From contig OZ004612.1 of the NCBI GenBank assembly GCA_963924565.1, positions 10,354,001 through 10,418,000 of the forward strand: 64,000 nucleotides of DNA, given 5' to 3'. Each line of letters begins with the position of its first letter. The first letter of the stretch is position 1. The translations under genes were made by a program, and so were the position numbers. This DNA is from Ascidiella aspersa. Taxonomy: Eukaryota. The notes below the pieces were generated by a model. The model saw only the letters and a list, made by a program, of their open reading frames with translations, searched no databases and was not told the origin of the DNA. Positions 15,301 through 26,680 of this stretch are shown one piece after another.

Positions 15301-18300
15301 AGATGCTGTCCGAAACTATATTACACGCCTAGCGCCGTCGAAATCAAATCCTGGAAACTTTGTTACGCGACCGAGTTACATACAATATGGATATAGCTTG
15401 CTAACGCGAAAATTTATTTCCCACGGGGACCGGAGTGTGTAATGCGAAGGCTGTGACGTAATGCGGTGACGTTGTGGCTTGGTCGGTCTCCGAAGACGAT
15501 ACCCGAAATGGGTTGAAAGGCAAGATTTGGGGAGATGAAAGGCAACTCTTTAAGCCACCGTTTAGGCGAAAATTCCGCCCTTTTGTTGGTGCGTGAATAG
15601 TGGTGATAAACGACATTTCGGCCCGAAATTCAGATTTAAATATACCTCTGTAACTTGATACGTTAAATAACACCGAGCTGTATAAAGCAGTTTTGTTTTT
15701 CCAAAGTTGGTCATTAAATGAAGTAAAAGTAAAAGCGCTTAACAATGTTGGACCACCAACAACAAAGATTAAGGATTTTCGAAAATTTGGATAAAAGCCG
15801 ATACCAGGGTCCAAGTTGTAATATCGGTTCTCGCCCCGCTCTAACTCAACCTTTATTTAAAACCAAAACTTTCCTATCACGTATTTTTTACGTAGAGTAA
15901 TAAATGAAATTGCAATCGGTTCTTGTGCCGGACTTATTGTCAAAATTACCTGGATAGGAATAAGGCTGTTCAACGCTGCCAATAGTCAGAGAAAAACTAC
16001 CGCGCCAAAAACACGACCGCATAAGATACAGCAGCCAAACAAAAAGCCGAATTGACAGCCAGAGCTGCGGGAGAATAGCCACGGCGGCTGTACGTTGCTG
16101 CTTAGAAAGCGACTAACTGTGCTTGGACTATCGCGGTCAATGTGGCGCGTCTGGACGACGCAGAAATGGTAGGCGGGTAAGGCGTTTTTTTGTGCGCAAA
16201 GAGGCGACAAGCCATTAGTCACGTCGCCGGAGCGGCTCAATTGCGGCAAGGTTATCTGCAGTTGGGCGGTGGTAGTCCGGGTCTGCTTAGCCTTAACGAC
16301 CCCGATAAGCCCTTGGCACGTAAACTTGACTGAGAGGCGGACGCCCCGAGGTGCGGTCTGGCCGTAATTGCGTCTTGTGCTGTATACATGCCCTCCCTTA
16401 GCTGTAAGCCGGCTATACTATAGAAGAGCCGAGCGCTTTTGCAGCGCAGAGGGTCCTTTTACTTGTGACAGATTTTCGCGGTTTGTCGTTTTTGCAGCTG
16501 CGTGGGCGGGCCGGGGAAACGGGGGAATGGATTTCGTTCGGATTTGCACGGTGCAGCTAATTACCGCGATTGGCGCGAACAACTTCAAGGCCGCCTCTAC
16601 GCAGCCGTTGTTCGACCCGGAGGTGAAGAAGGAAGGGTTGCGTCACGCCGCTCGTAGTTTGATGCCGTTATATCACCATAATGGGAGTTATATCTCGCAA
16701 AAACGCGCATACCCGACCCCGACCCGTTACCTCTTGCGTTCAGCGGCCGAAAAACGCCAGACAATACGAAAACCGACGCTGAACTGCCAAAAACACCACC
16801 CCACCCCCATCGCACGCTGTGCAAGTTTCCTCAACAAATCGGCCTTCCGCGGTAGCTTGGCGTCGAAGCGCGAAAACTATTGAGGGCTTAACCCCGAGCT
16901 ATGGGTGCTGTCAATTAGGCCGTCCTTGGCGAAAGTCAACCTTGAAGAGCGTCGGTTGGGATGGCTCGCGTGTTTTACACAGCTTGACGAGATAACGGCC
17001 CAAGTGCAACACGGCTTCTCCCGCCGACAAGGCTTGTTCTGGGAGCGTTGCCAAAGTTTTTTGGGCGTGTATGGCCGCGGCTCCTTCATGTCCTGGGCCT
17101 TTGTGTGGTCGCGGGAGTATGAACCCTCGACGACAGATGGCGACTTTTGCCTTTGGCAAAGATTTTTGTTTGAAGGTTTGCCGCTTGTCGGGCATTAGAG
17201 AAGTGGCACAAAATGCAAAGTTAAACGCCGGAAATTGTTTGCTTTTATTTATGTATGGGCAGATTCGCGCAGTGTTGGTCCCGATAGAAAATATATATAG
17301 TATTAGCAAAAGCTTTCGTTTAAACCGAAAAATATATTTCACCCCATAAAGCAAATGTATAAAGGGGTAGCAAAAATAATAACCCACGATGTAAAACGTT
17401 TTACTTTAAATAGCAGAAGTTTCTATACTAGAGACCCGACACTTTAATTATTATATGTTACGTTTTCAAAAAAGATATTTTAGGCAAAAAGTATGACCGC
17501 ATTAGTCGGCTCAAAATGACATCATTATTATGGTAAAAAAAGACAGATTTATAACATTAGATCATTGTAAGCCTGTAAGGCCCAGCACAGATGCTATAGC
17601 CGAGTACCGATATTACCACTTGATATTCGGTTTCGGCCCTGAATCAAATGTATCGGAAATGCCTTGTTACTGCACGTAGAAATTGTTTGGCACTTACCCG
17701 GGGCTCGTGTAGCACCATATTGACAGGAAGGTCGTGTTTTCTAACAATTAGCTCGAGGTGTTTCCAATCGCACCTGGCCTGGAATGTTTTTGCAGGGTCG
17801 CCGACTCCAGCTGATAAGGTGTCTACGTCAATGCAACGTGGCACAACAATGAAAACGACGTTTTCCAGAAAGCAAAACAAGAAAACGTGGAAACAAATAT
17901 AACTTAATCTGAACGTCACCGTTTTTATGTGTGTTTAAAAGTAGGTTATTGCGACGTTCAAAACAAAACTTTAAATGGCAACCATTATCATATATCAATC
18001 AAAGATGTGCGCATTTTACTGAACATATACCGTTGCGATTATAAAGGTTTTGTCGCGAAGTACCATTTCAAAATAAAACAGAGCATATATACCATCCTCA
18101 AAACGATGCTCAAACATATTCAAGTGTTTAGCCCGTCGTTAGATTTCCAGTAGGGATACAAAAGGCGATTCGTGGCCTGATAAACGTCCAACTTTGCCGT
18201 TCGTGTTTTGCTCTCGACTTGAAAGCAATACACAGTCGGCCTAAAGTGTGGCGACTGGGTCAGCTTTGGAATGTTATTGTTATCGTACACTTTTCGCGTT

Positions 18301-21300
18301 ATGATGGGCTGCCTCTTAAACTTGACGCGGCCTAAGTGGGCAAGCCGAAACCTTACAGTGAACAATTCGTGAAATGCCGCATAACATGATGGAGAAGGGC
18401 AAGCCTAAACAGTGTAACGAAGACACATGTAAAAAAAACAAAAAAACGTTAAATCCCAGGATCAGTTTGTTTGGAGAAAAATAAAATTGAACTAAGTTCC
18501 TAAGCGGGTCCCTCGGTTCTTACAACAGTTACTTAAAAAGCGGACAACCCGCTGAACACAACGAAACAATGGATTTCACAACAAACAAATAAAATACTTT
18601 TTTCATAAATATACATATTTTATATAATGAAGAAAACCCCGCTCAGAATTTACGTAAAAATCAGCTTGAACATGCTCTTAAGTAAATACCGTTAATCCCG
18701 CGACCAACTAGGTTAGTGTTTATCAAGCCAAATATACACGACACGTATAGCGAATATAATTTTACTCTAAAACTTTAATTGAGAATTGAATAAACATCAT
18801 TCGGCAAATTTGATGAACGTCCCTATCAAGTTTTAGGCCACACGGATTTATCTTTATTGGTTTGTTCCCATGTCACTTTTCGTATTATATCACCAAATGG
18901 CACTCCCCCCCCAAAAAAAAATTGGAGTGCCATTTGAAATCCTTTGCACACTTGCCTCAAAATAGTGCCACAAAAATGCGACAGACATTTGCCCGAAGTA
19001 GTAGAATGTACATACCTGACGGCGATGTGGGGTCGGCGGTTGGGGAGACAGCGATTCCTTCCACTTCCCCGTAGAGGTCTTCGTAACCTATAGCAAACAA
19101 AGCACGGTCGTTTAGGAAAACGTTAGTGGTACAATTGGTCATAAATAATGACCCTTGCACTAAAATGTTGTTTTTCTAAATCTACCCTAGAGGGGCGGAT
19201 TCAAGGCGCACGTGGACATGACCCTATACCAAATAACGATTTTTTTTGTCTATTCAACTACGAAAATGAAAATATTTTCGAGTCTATGTTATGTTTTTAG
19301 TATTGTCTAAGGACTAAGCGTATTTGTAAAATGTTTTTTGCCCAAAAGTCGTGCGTCTCATCGCATCCTCGAATTTCTTTTTCCAACTTAATCGACTTAA
19401 AAGCGTTTTGTCGGTTTGCGCGAATCGATAACAACTTTATAACGTCGTCTTAGTGTTAAAATGAAAATGACACCTCTAAAACGTTAAACTTAAACAAATG
19501 AACGAACTGTGTGGTGTTCTTAAGGCTACGTATTAATGACGTCATATTAAGATGTAACTTTGTGACGTCACATTATGACGTAACTGTGTGACGAACGTCT
19601 GAAGAAAATTAATGGCGCCTCTAAAACAAAAATCCTGAATCAAATCACCAAAAATACAAAATTAATCCCAGAAAGCAGACGTCAATTTTTGTAAATGTAT
19701 AAACACTTTATCAGGAATCTTTGGAAATGAAAGGCAGAAACGTTAATATTTTTTGAAATCACTAATATAGTCCATTCGCTTCTTATGTTCGCTTAACAAT
19801 TAACACTGCGCATTAAATCACGAGATCGGTAGGAGACTTAAAAAAAGATAGAGAAAAATTGAGCGTTGATGTGTTTCGGTTGGTTTTGATTTTCTACGAA
19901 AACGTATATAGGGTCTTTCGTAAATGTACGCGAAAAAATATTTTTAACTTAATAAATAAAATACACTTTCTTTGAGTCTTGTGAAAGCCAACTCTTCTTT
20001 TAATGGAAGTTTTGTTTTTAAATACCACAAAGCAATGTTATGTATGCTGTTCAAAAGCGTGCACGAACTTTTGGATAAAATCTGCAGGCTAATTAGCCTG
20101 AAGGCCGAAGAAAACAGCTTAAAGATTATCCCTTCGTTGTTGGTATACAGACAGTATGTTGTGTGTTTGACGATGCAATTACCCATTTGCATTAATCACC
20201 TAACAAAAAATATTTTTAGTTTTAAGTTTGATACAATCGTTTATTAACTGAGCGACAAGCCCGATAAAGTTAATTAGCGGAATCGCGAAAGTGTTTGGAG
20301 CAAGTTAAAACGGCTGACAAGTTTCAAGATTTAATGTGTAACCTTGATTCTATTTTTTGTCGAGCAGTTATTCTCCAGTCTGTTAAACTAAAATCATTAA
20401 AAATGTATTTCAGCTACTTTTTCATTGCGTCGCCTCATATGCAAAGGTCATGGCTTCCATCAAAGCCGCTTACGATTTGTTGTAACAGGTTTCCAAGTTT
20501 GGAAACGCCCCGTTGTTCAAACAATAGGGAGATAGTTTTACGTGTTTCTTTTGGCGCCAATCTCGAATCCAAAGTTTCCTAAAGCGCTAAGCCGCTGTTA
20601 ATATTTTGGTCAATGACGCCCTTTTATCGTCGGTTAAAAAACGAATGAAAGCTTATTTTCTAAAAATAAACAAGGTCGTCAGAAGTACAGCGGGTGTAAA
20701 TGGAGTTTTATTTGATAGACCGAAATCCACCCATAGACGCTCAAAAGTTTTATTAATTCAGACTTACAAATGCTGTACCAAGAGCATTTTTAAGTTTGCG
20801 GCCATCGCAACATTTAAATCTGAGCATCCAAATTTAGGAATTAAGGTTAATTAAATGACTATTATTGCATTACCCTTCGACCATTTTTTTCAACTTGGGT
20901 TCAAATGCCTTACCCGATGGCATTCCAGTGCCTCGCAAGAGATCTTTGGCGTGGAGTGTTTGCCTAAAATCACGCCAGTAACGTTATTTGGCGTATAACA
21001 TCACCGATCTAGTGCATTTATCAATATAAATTGTCGCTTTTGTCATATACATTGGCCTATTTTGGCGAAGGGTTTCAGCCGAAAAAAATTTTGGCGTTAC
21101 TGTGTGGCGGCCACAAATTATGGAACTCAGGGTGCCTTGAGGCACTATTTATAAGTTACGTTGGGTCAGCCATATAAAGCCCTAGAATAGTGCGGCAAGT
21201 AATTCAACTCGGCGCCAGCGCTCCTCACCTGAATAATCGTAGTAGTCCGTCGTTTCGGCGGCATCGGTGATCTCCCAGAAGGCAAGCAGCGTGAGAAACA

Positions 21301-21319
21301 TGCGAAAAAACATCGCCAT
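352..21319 (-). CDS. ZP (zona pellucida) domain transmembrane protein, ~682 aa, 12 exons: signal peptide, isolated ZP-N, EGF-like, LDLa, full ZP module, furin site, TM
   Basis: Exons 21319-21229, 19087-19016, 17810-17698, 10530-10358, 9443-9187, 7852-7728, 4763-4545, 3356-3074, 2959-2770, 1937-1763, 1113-942, 530-352; all GT-AG, phase-consistent, 2049 nt. Signal peptide [20 protein letters not shown]; LDLa-like [14 protein letters not shown]; ZP-C motifs [34 protein letters not shown]; REKR furin site; EHP-like VVQGPVII; [22 protein letters not shown] followed by a basic tail. Confidence 0.88.
1184..1530. repeat. Dispersed repeat with GACTT-rich subterminal arrays; inverted relative at ~21700-22100
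   Basis: GACTTGACTGGGACTTGACTTGG...GACTTGACTGGAACTT matches the reverse complement of AAGTTCCAGTCAAG...CCAAGTCCAAGCCAAGTC near 21708-21792. Boundaries approximate. Confidence 0.55.
2283..2700. mobile_element. Degenerate DNA-transposon-derived repeat rich in TGACGT(C/A)A; relatives at ~6526-6620 and ~19191-19642
   Basis: End CCTGGATCCACCCCTG matches inverted AGGGGCGGATTCAAGG at 19191; shared TGACGTCATATTAAGAT blocks at ~6604 and ~19537. Confidence 0.5.
5557..5630 (+). tRNA. tRNA-Ile(AAT), copy 1
   Basis: GGCCGGTTAGCTCAGTTGGTTAGAGCGTCGTGCT-AAT-AACGCGAATGTCGCGGGTTCGATCCCCGTACTGGCCA; full cloverleaf, anticodon stem TCGTG/CGCGA, intact A and B boxes. Confidence 0.96.
5635..5707 (+). tRNA. tRNA-Phe(GAA), copy 1
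   Basis: GCCTTGATAGCTCAGTCGGGAGAGCGTTAGACT-GAA-GATCTAAAGGTCCCTGGTTCAATCCCGGGTCGAGGCA; acceptor stem GCCTTGA/TCGAGGC; TTTT at 5711-5714. Confidence 0.96.
7351..7674. mobile_element. Non-autonomous hAT MITE
   Basis: Imperfect TIR CAGTGTTTCTT...AAGAACCCCTG; perfect 8-bp TSD ACTTAGCA at 7343-7350 and 7675-7682. Confidence 0.85.
8314..8387 (+). tRNA. tRNA-Ile(AAT), copy 2
   Basis: Identical to 5557-5630. Confidence 0.96.
8392..8464 (+). tRNA. tRNA-Phe(GAA), copy 2
   Basis: Identical to 5635-5707; followed by CATTTTT (Pol III terminator). Confidence 0.96.
8560..8815. mobile_element. hAT MITE family A, 5'-truncated copy (relatives 23942-24249, 42634-42930)
   Basis: Shares TTTGCTAAGGGCGATT...AAAAGTGTGCCGCGAAA...AAAAAGTTTGGGAACCAC with the other copies. 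Left boundary approximate. Confidence 0.8.
9675..9953. mobile_element. hAT-like MITE
   Basis: TIR CAGTGGTTCTCA...TGCGAACAACTG; degenerate TSD. Confidence 0.55.
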
Positions 21320-21473
21320 TCCTTGATTTAAACACGGCAGCCCAAACGCAAAACGACAGTTGCAGAGATTTTTTGTCGGTTCTTCGCGATTCACAGTCAC
21401 TGTGGTGTATACGGACGATGTGCTGTTTCGCCGCTGGAAATATACACGCTCTGACTCTACGCCACTAGGCTGC

Positions 21474-21486
21474 ACTCTTCTATAGA
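21474..21486 (-). promoter_or_regulatory. TATA-like element of the ZP gene
   Basis: CTATAGAAGAG on the minus strand ~160 nt upstream of the ATG, in a CpG-rich segment. Confidence 0.35.
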
Positions 21487-22904
21487 GCGACCGACCCGCG
21501 ATAAGGCTCGCCTATCACTGTCTGACGTAATAACCTTTTTTGCTCGTGACGAATGAGGCTGAGCGGCTCAGGCAAGTCGTCTGCCAGAAGTGAACGCCGG
21601 GTTGCGGCTTAGGTGGTTTCCGCGGGGGCCGGGCCAAATACGTTCGACGATCGGTGATGACGTTGACGACTGAATACCAGATTGGAAGACTACATAGCTG
21701 CAACACAAGTTCCAGTCAAGTATTTTTCAATGTCCGACGAGTCAAGTCCTAGTCTAAGTCATCCGTTACCTAAGCCAAGTCCAAGCCAAGTCATTAGTTG
21801 GTCAAACCTTTAGCATTAGAAATATTTGTTAAATTAGTAAGTAAATTTCATTCCAAGAAAAATTTCGAAAGGCAAACTTTTATAAACAAAACAAATTGCA
21901 AGGATTTTTTGTCGAAAAACTTTTATGTCTAAACTTCAAGAAAATAACCACTTTTTAGGATTATTTTTTTAAATAAAACACTTAAGAGTCATTTGCCCGA
22001 AAGGCACAAGCATATAAGTGTTAATTTATTTAAAATAAATTTTTAACAACTACCTATGTCAATTCGTTTGAAAACAGCAACTTAAGTCATCTTAACACCG
22101 GTGTGAATTCACTTTGTCGGGTTCGGGAACCGCTCAGCCGAGCGATTTCTCCATTTCAGTCACTTTCGCTATTTCGGCTGCCGGATAAATGTCAGGGCGA
22201 TTACAGTATTTACTTACGCCTCAGAAGTGTATGTTCAAAGGCATGGAGTTGGCGAATCTTACTGACAGCTTCGCGGTTGTTCGATATCACCTTTTGGCGT
22301 TCGCCGACTGAACTGTTGCTTTGCAAGTTTTGTTTACGAAACAAACAGAAGGCGCTTTGGGCTCCATTAGAGCAGCAGGCGGCTGCAAACACAATTAGTT
22401 CAAAAGGCAGCATAACAATCGTTTCTAGATTTACAAAAATACGCGCAACGGCTAATATAAGAGAAGTTTGGCGTGGAACTTCACAAATCTTGTTCTTCCA
22501 TTTCCTCTATTCAGTTTACAGTAACCTAAATATGACAAGATATGCAATCCGTACAGTGTTGTCAGATGGGTCCTTTTTAGAGGCGGAACCAGGTGGAAAC
22601 CAGGCTGTGTCCCACGAGAAAGCATATTTTGGCCAACTTTAATTATTTAAATGCAAAAAAAAGTCTTGCTTTACGACAACTTTTTCCACACTTTAGAATG
22701 TTTTCGCCAGTTTGAAGAATCTACTCAGCGTAAAGTCGCCGTGTACGCCATGCCATATTACGTCTTGTAAAAGCATATACACATTTCATTGGCAACAAAT
22801 TAAATGCAATTATATCGAAAAAAATGCGAATCTCTTTATGTGCTCACTGTGTTTTACGCACTTGTTCGCTCGAGAATTTTAAGATAACACTATACTTTAT
22901 GCAC

Positions 22905-23531
22905 CAGGGGCGGGCAACGTGCGGCCGGGGGGTCGCACGCGGCCCTTTGCCATTTTTTGTGCTGATTTTCGCCTTCTTCCAGATATTTTTCCCTAAATAA
23001 GGGTATTTTGTGTGCACCAATGTTAGAACTTTTGCTCTTTCAGTTTCCTGTTTAAAAGTGCAATGTAACCCATAGGTTGCACCGCTACACTAATGCAGTT
23101 GTTGAACTCGAATGGGAAGCATCTATTACAAAACAATCTTTATTCATAAAGTTTTACTTTTGTTACGTGGGTATGATAAAGAATTGTTTTGCAACAATTA
23201 CACTTGTCTGCTACAACTTTTGCCGCGCATATTGACTGAGATGTTATGTTTAACAGCTGGTTTTTAATTATTGCTGTTAAATAGTTTGCGTCTATGCACA
23301 TCTGGCCTGGAACCAAACATTGACAAGTTGGTTCAAAATATCCAACATCAGCCCCCTCACTAACTTATATTTGAACATCCACATGTGTGTCTGCTATGTT
23401 TCATATTTCTCTTGTACTTGTTTTTCTAGTAAAAGCTGAAAATATCAATTAGTGTTTATTTGATGTGCGGCCCTCCTGTAAGCATTAAATTTCCTAACTG
23501 GCCCTTGTGTTAAAAAGGTTGCCCGCCCCTG
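22905..23531 (+). mobile_element. Internally deleted hAT (Buster/Charlie-type) transposon retaining the transposase C-terminus
   Basis: Perfect 14-bp TIR CAGGGGCGGGCAAC/GTTGCCCGCCCCTG; GCGGCC subterminal motifs; 23280-23363 encodes NSLRLCTSGLEPNIDKLVQNIQHQPPH*, typical of Buster/Charlie transposase ends. Confidence 0.85.
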
Positions 23532-23941
23532 ATCTATACTGTGAAAATTTCCATCTATGTTTGTACCAAAGTTGCAATGAACACAGACAGAAATACTAAT
23601 CTTTTACTTTGATTTAGTATGTTCGTATGCAAGTAATCTCAAGGCGAGTTTCGATAAATTACGTCATTGGAAGTTTAGCCCAAAAATGTTCAATAACCGC
23701 TGATATAGGTTTTGAACCTGTAGTTTAAATGCGAATCGTTTGGTTAGGCTATATAGACTACAGATGGCATTATAGGTAGAAATCACAAAACCGGAACTTT
23801 AAATGACATCCATTCCATCATTATTTGAGTTCGGATGAAGTTGTGTCATGAAAAGCAATAAAGAAAAAAGTCACAATGTTACATCATTAAGCAAAATCGA
23901 ATCAATGTAGCTTGTTGTCGATGTTGGGTTTACGTTTAGGT

Positions 23942-24249
23942 AGTGATTCCCAAACTGTGTGCTGCGGCACATTAGTGTGCTTCGATAGATTGCCAAGTAT
24001 GCCGCAAAATTTTTTCGTAATTTTTGAAAATAGAGTATTAGATTACCAATAGGCATACACGAAGCATTTTATACTTAAATACGCACTACCCTATACAAAT
24101 TATTATTAATATTGAGATGTTTACATATAGTTTGTTGTTTGCTAAGGGCGATTGTAAAATTACTCTATTGTTGTTCTGTTAAAAGTGTGCCGCGAAACAA
24201 TTAAAATTTTTTTAGTGTGCCGCTTGCCAAAAAAGTTTGGGAACCACTG
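23942..24249. mobile_element. hAT MITE family A, full-length copy
   Basis: TIR AGTGATTCCCAAAC/GTTTGGGAACCACTG; 8-bp TSD GTTTAGGT at 23934-23941 and 24250-24257. Confidence 0.85.
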
Positions 24250-26680
24250 GTTTAGGTCGTGCAAAGGTAGGTGCCTTTAAACGACAACGTGCTTTATATA
24301 ATCTATTCATTTAATGGCACTAATCATAAGAATTTGATTGACATTATTTGACGCGACAGCATATTTTTAAACTTTGTACTAATATCCTACACGCAATGTG
24401 CAAATTTATTCCGGTATAACAAAGGGGTTGGTTGCCTTTTTAGCTAAGCGATCCATAAAGTCCGAATATTTCTGGTTCTATTTCCATGAGGGCCCTATAA
24501 TATTTTTTAACATCTACTATGAGTTGGAACAAAACGTGATTTAAATAGCGCCGTTTATTTTGTTCATATTTAAATGACAGGACATGTTAGCCTAAGCGTG
24601 AAAAATGCTTTGGCCAATTAAAAAAAACTTTTTTTTCATTACGGAGTGCCATGGAACGCCCAGGGCCTTTTAGTTCAAAAAAGATTCCCTTAAAGTCTTA
24701 AACGGATTAACAAACCCGAAAAGGCAAACAGGATTTCCAAGAAACGCGGAAAAATTTGCTACTATACGTGTTTTAAGTAAAAACACGATTTTACAGCGGA
24801 CCCTATTTCTTTTTGTATTTCGCATGGAACACTGTAGGCAAAAAAATTCACAAATGGCGTCATAAGTTGGCGTCAAAATACAAATAGACTTTATATTTCT
24901 GCTGATTTCGGTCCGAAAATGGGAAGTGCAAAGTACGTTCAGTGCAAAACCGTTTTATTTTTAATTAAACTGTTTTCTTTAACCAATTGATTAATTTTTC
25001 TAAAAAAAAATTATTCATTTAAGCCTTCATGAACCCCCTAAAACTAGTTCAGGTACCCCTAAGGTGTCCGTGGACCCCAGTTTAAGAACTCCTGCCTTAA
25101 ACGAACCTACAAACCCGAAAATTCGGGATTTGTACAAAACGCGGAAAAAATGCTACTCTACGTGTTTCAAGTAGAAATACGGTTTGAACAGGATTACACT
25201 TTTATTCGCAACAATCAAGTTAATAAATGATAGCTTCGATATATCTGCGAGTCAGAATTCTTCATAAAAAGGTCCATATGGCGTCATCAAAAATATCCAA
25301 ATATATTCATAGGTTGTATAAATATAAGGTAATATCAAATTGTAATACAAAATTGGAAGTTTTAGTCAGCTGATTTATTTTGGTGCTTTTATAAAGCTCA
25401 TTAATTATGGTTTGGCGGAGTGATCTAAAGTCCGCAATAAAACCTTAAACCTGCTGTAGAAGTTGCACTTCGGATAACACGAAAAAACATCACAGTGTAG
25501 TGTTTCCTTTTTGCGGTCAGTTACAATTACTTTATTCAGCATAAGTATAATATATTGATTGTCAAATTAACAAAATAATTAGTATGTGTCTATGTTAAAG
25601 CAAGTCAACCTTAACGAAACAGTTCCCTTAGCATTTCGTGACGTTTTGTTATTTTTAGGAAAACTGGATTCAGCTGTAGCCTAACACATTTTTGGTAAGC
25701 GCGAACCGCACTTTAACAGCCCTTTTGTGAAATAAACAAATCTCAAGGCCGGGTCATGTCAAAGCAAGCAAGCATGCAAAACGGCTACAATGAATTGCTA
25801 GTGAATACGTTCAAGTTACCCGAGTATCAAGGTCTTTCCGACAAGTTGCCACAAAATGTGGAAAATCGAGCTTCCAGTAACACACCGGGCTTTGTTGGTC
25901 GCTAAAACATTAATCAACAAGTTGCCGGGCCGGTCTCGAAATGAGGTTTAGCTACTGCGCTTAAAATGCATCGACAAATATACGGTGGTTGATTCGGAAA
26001 GCTCCGCATGGTTCAACAGGCATTTTTTTATTATATATTTGTTTTGGTTTTAGGTATTTTTTTATTATTAAGTATAGTTAAGTTGGCGCATGTTTTACGG
26101 CTGCATATCAGTTCTAAACCGACAGCACACGACAAGTGTGAAACAACCTGGAGTTCACCTCTGAACACTTTTTCAAAGACACCATGACTATATGATATTA
26201 TACGACGCGTGTTAGTCGTCATCTTAATTAATAAGACAACACAATAAAAGAAAAACAAGTGCCTAATTACATTTAGGGTGTTGTTAAGTTTAATTGAGGC
26301 CGGGCTATCTAGCTAATAACTACAACCGCGGGTATGCTTTTGTTTATAATTTTTGCTGAAAAAAGTGTTAAGCGCCTCAGTGAGCTAGTACAAGAAATTT
26401 GTAAAACGCCTTAGTGAGCTAGTACACTCCACATAATAATATCTATAAACCTAAAATATGCCACCTATACAGCCCATGCCAGTATCACATTTCGAGCACC
26501 GCGCCCGACCCAGCAAAGTAGAGCGAAGCGTTTGGTCAATGATTAGCTTTTCCCGAAAGGAGTCCGAAGGGCGATGGCGTGGTGCTATCCGGGTCACTAA
26601 AAGGGGCGCCAGCGTCGATATTCTCCATTGTGTTGTCTCGGACGGAAGCGGTACACACTCAGCGAAAGCGAACGAACGAA

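Noticed and set aside
16368-17387. Overlapping 70-171 aa ORFs on both strands
   Set aside because: No motifs or codon pattern, mostly non-ATG starts; expected by chance in GC-rich DNA.
22103-22642. 179-aa ORF
   Set aside because: GTG start, no recognisable domain, no supporting exon structure.
24710-25195. Local ~85-bp duplication (~24710-24797 and ~25110-25191)
   Set aside because: Degenerate intergenic duplication with no functional signature.
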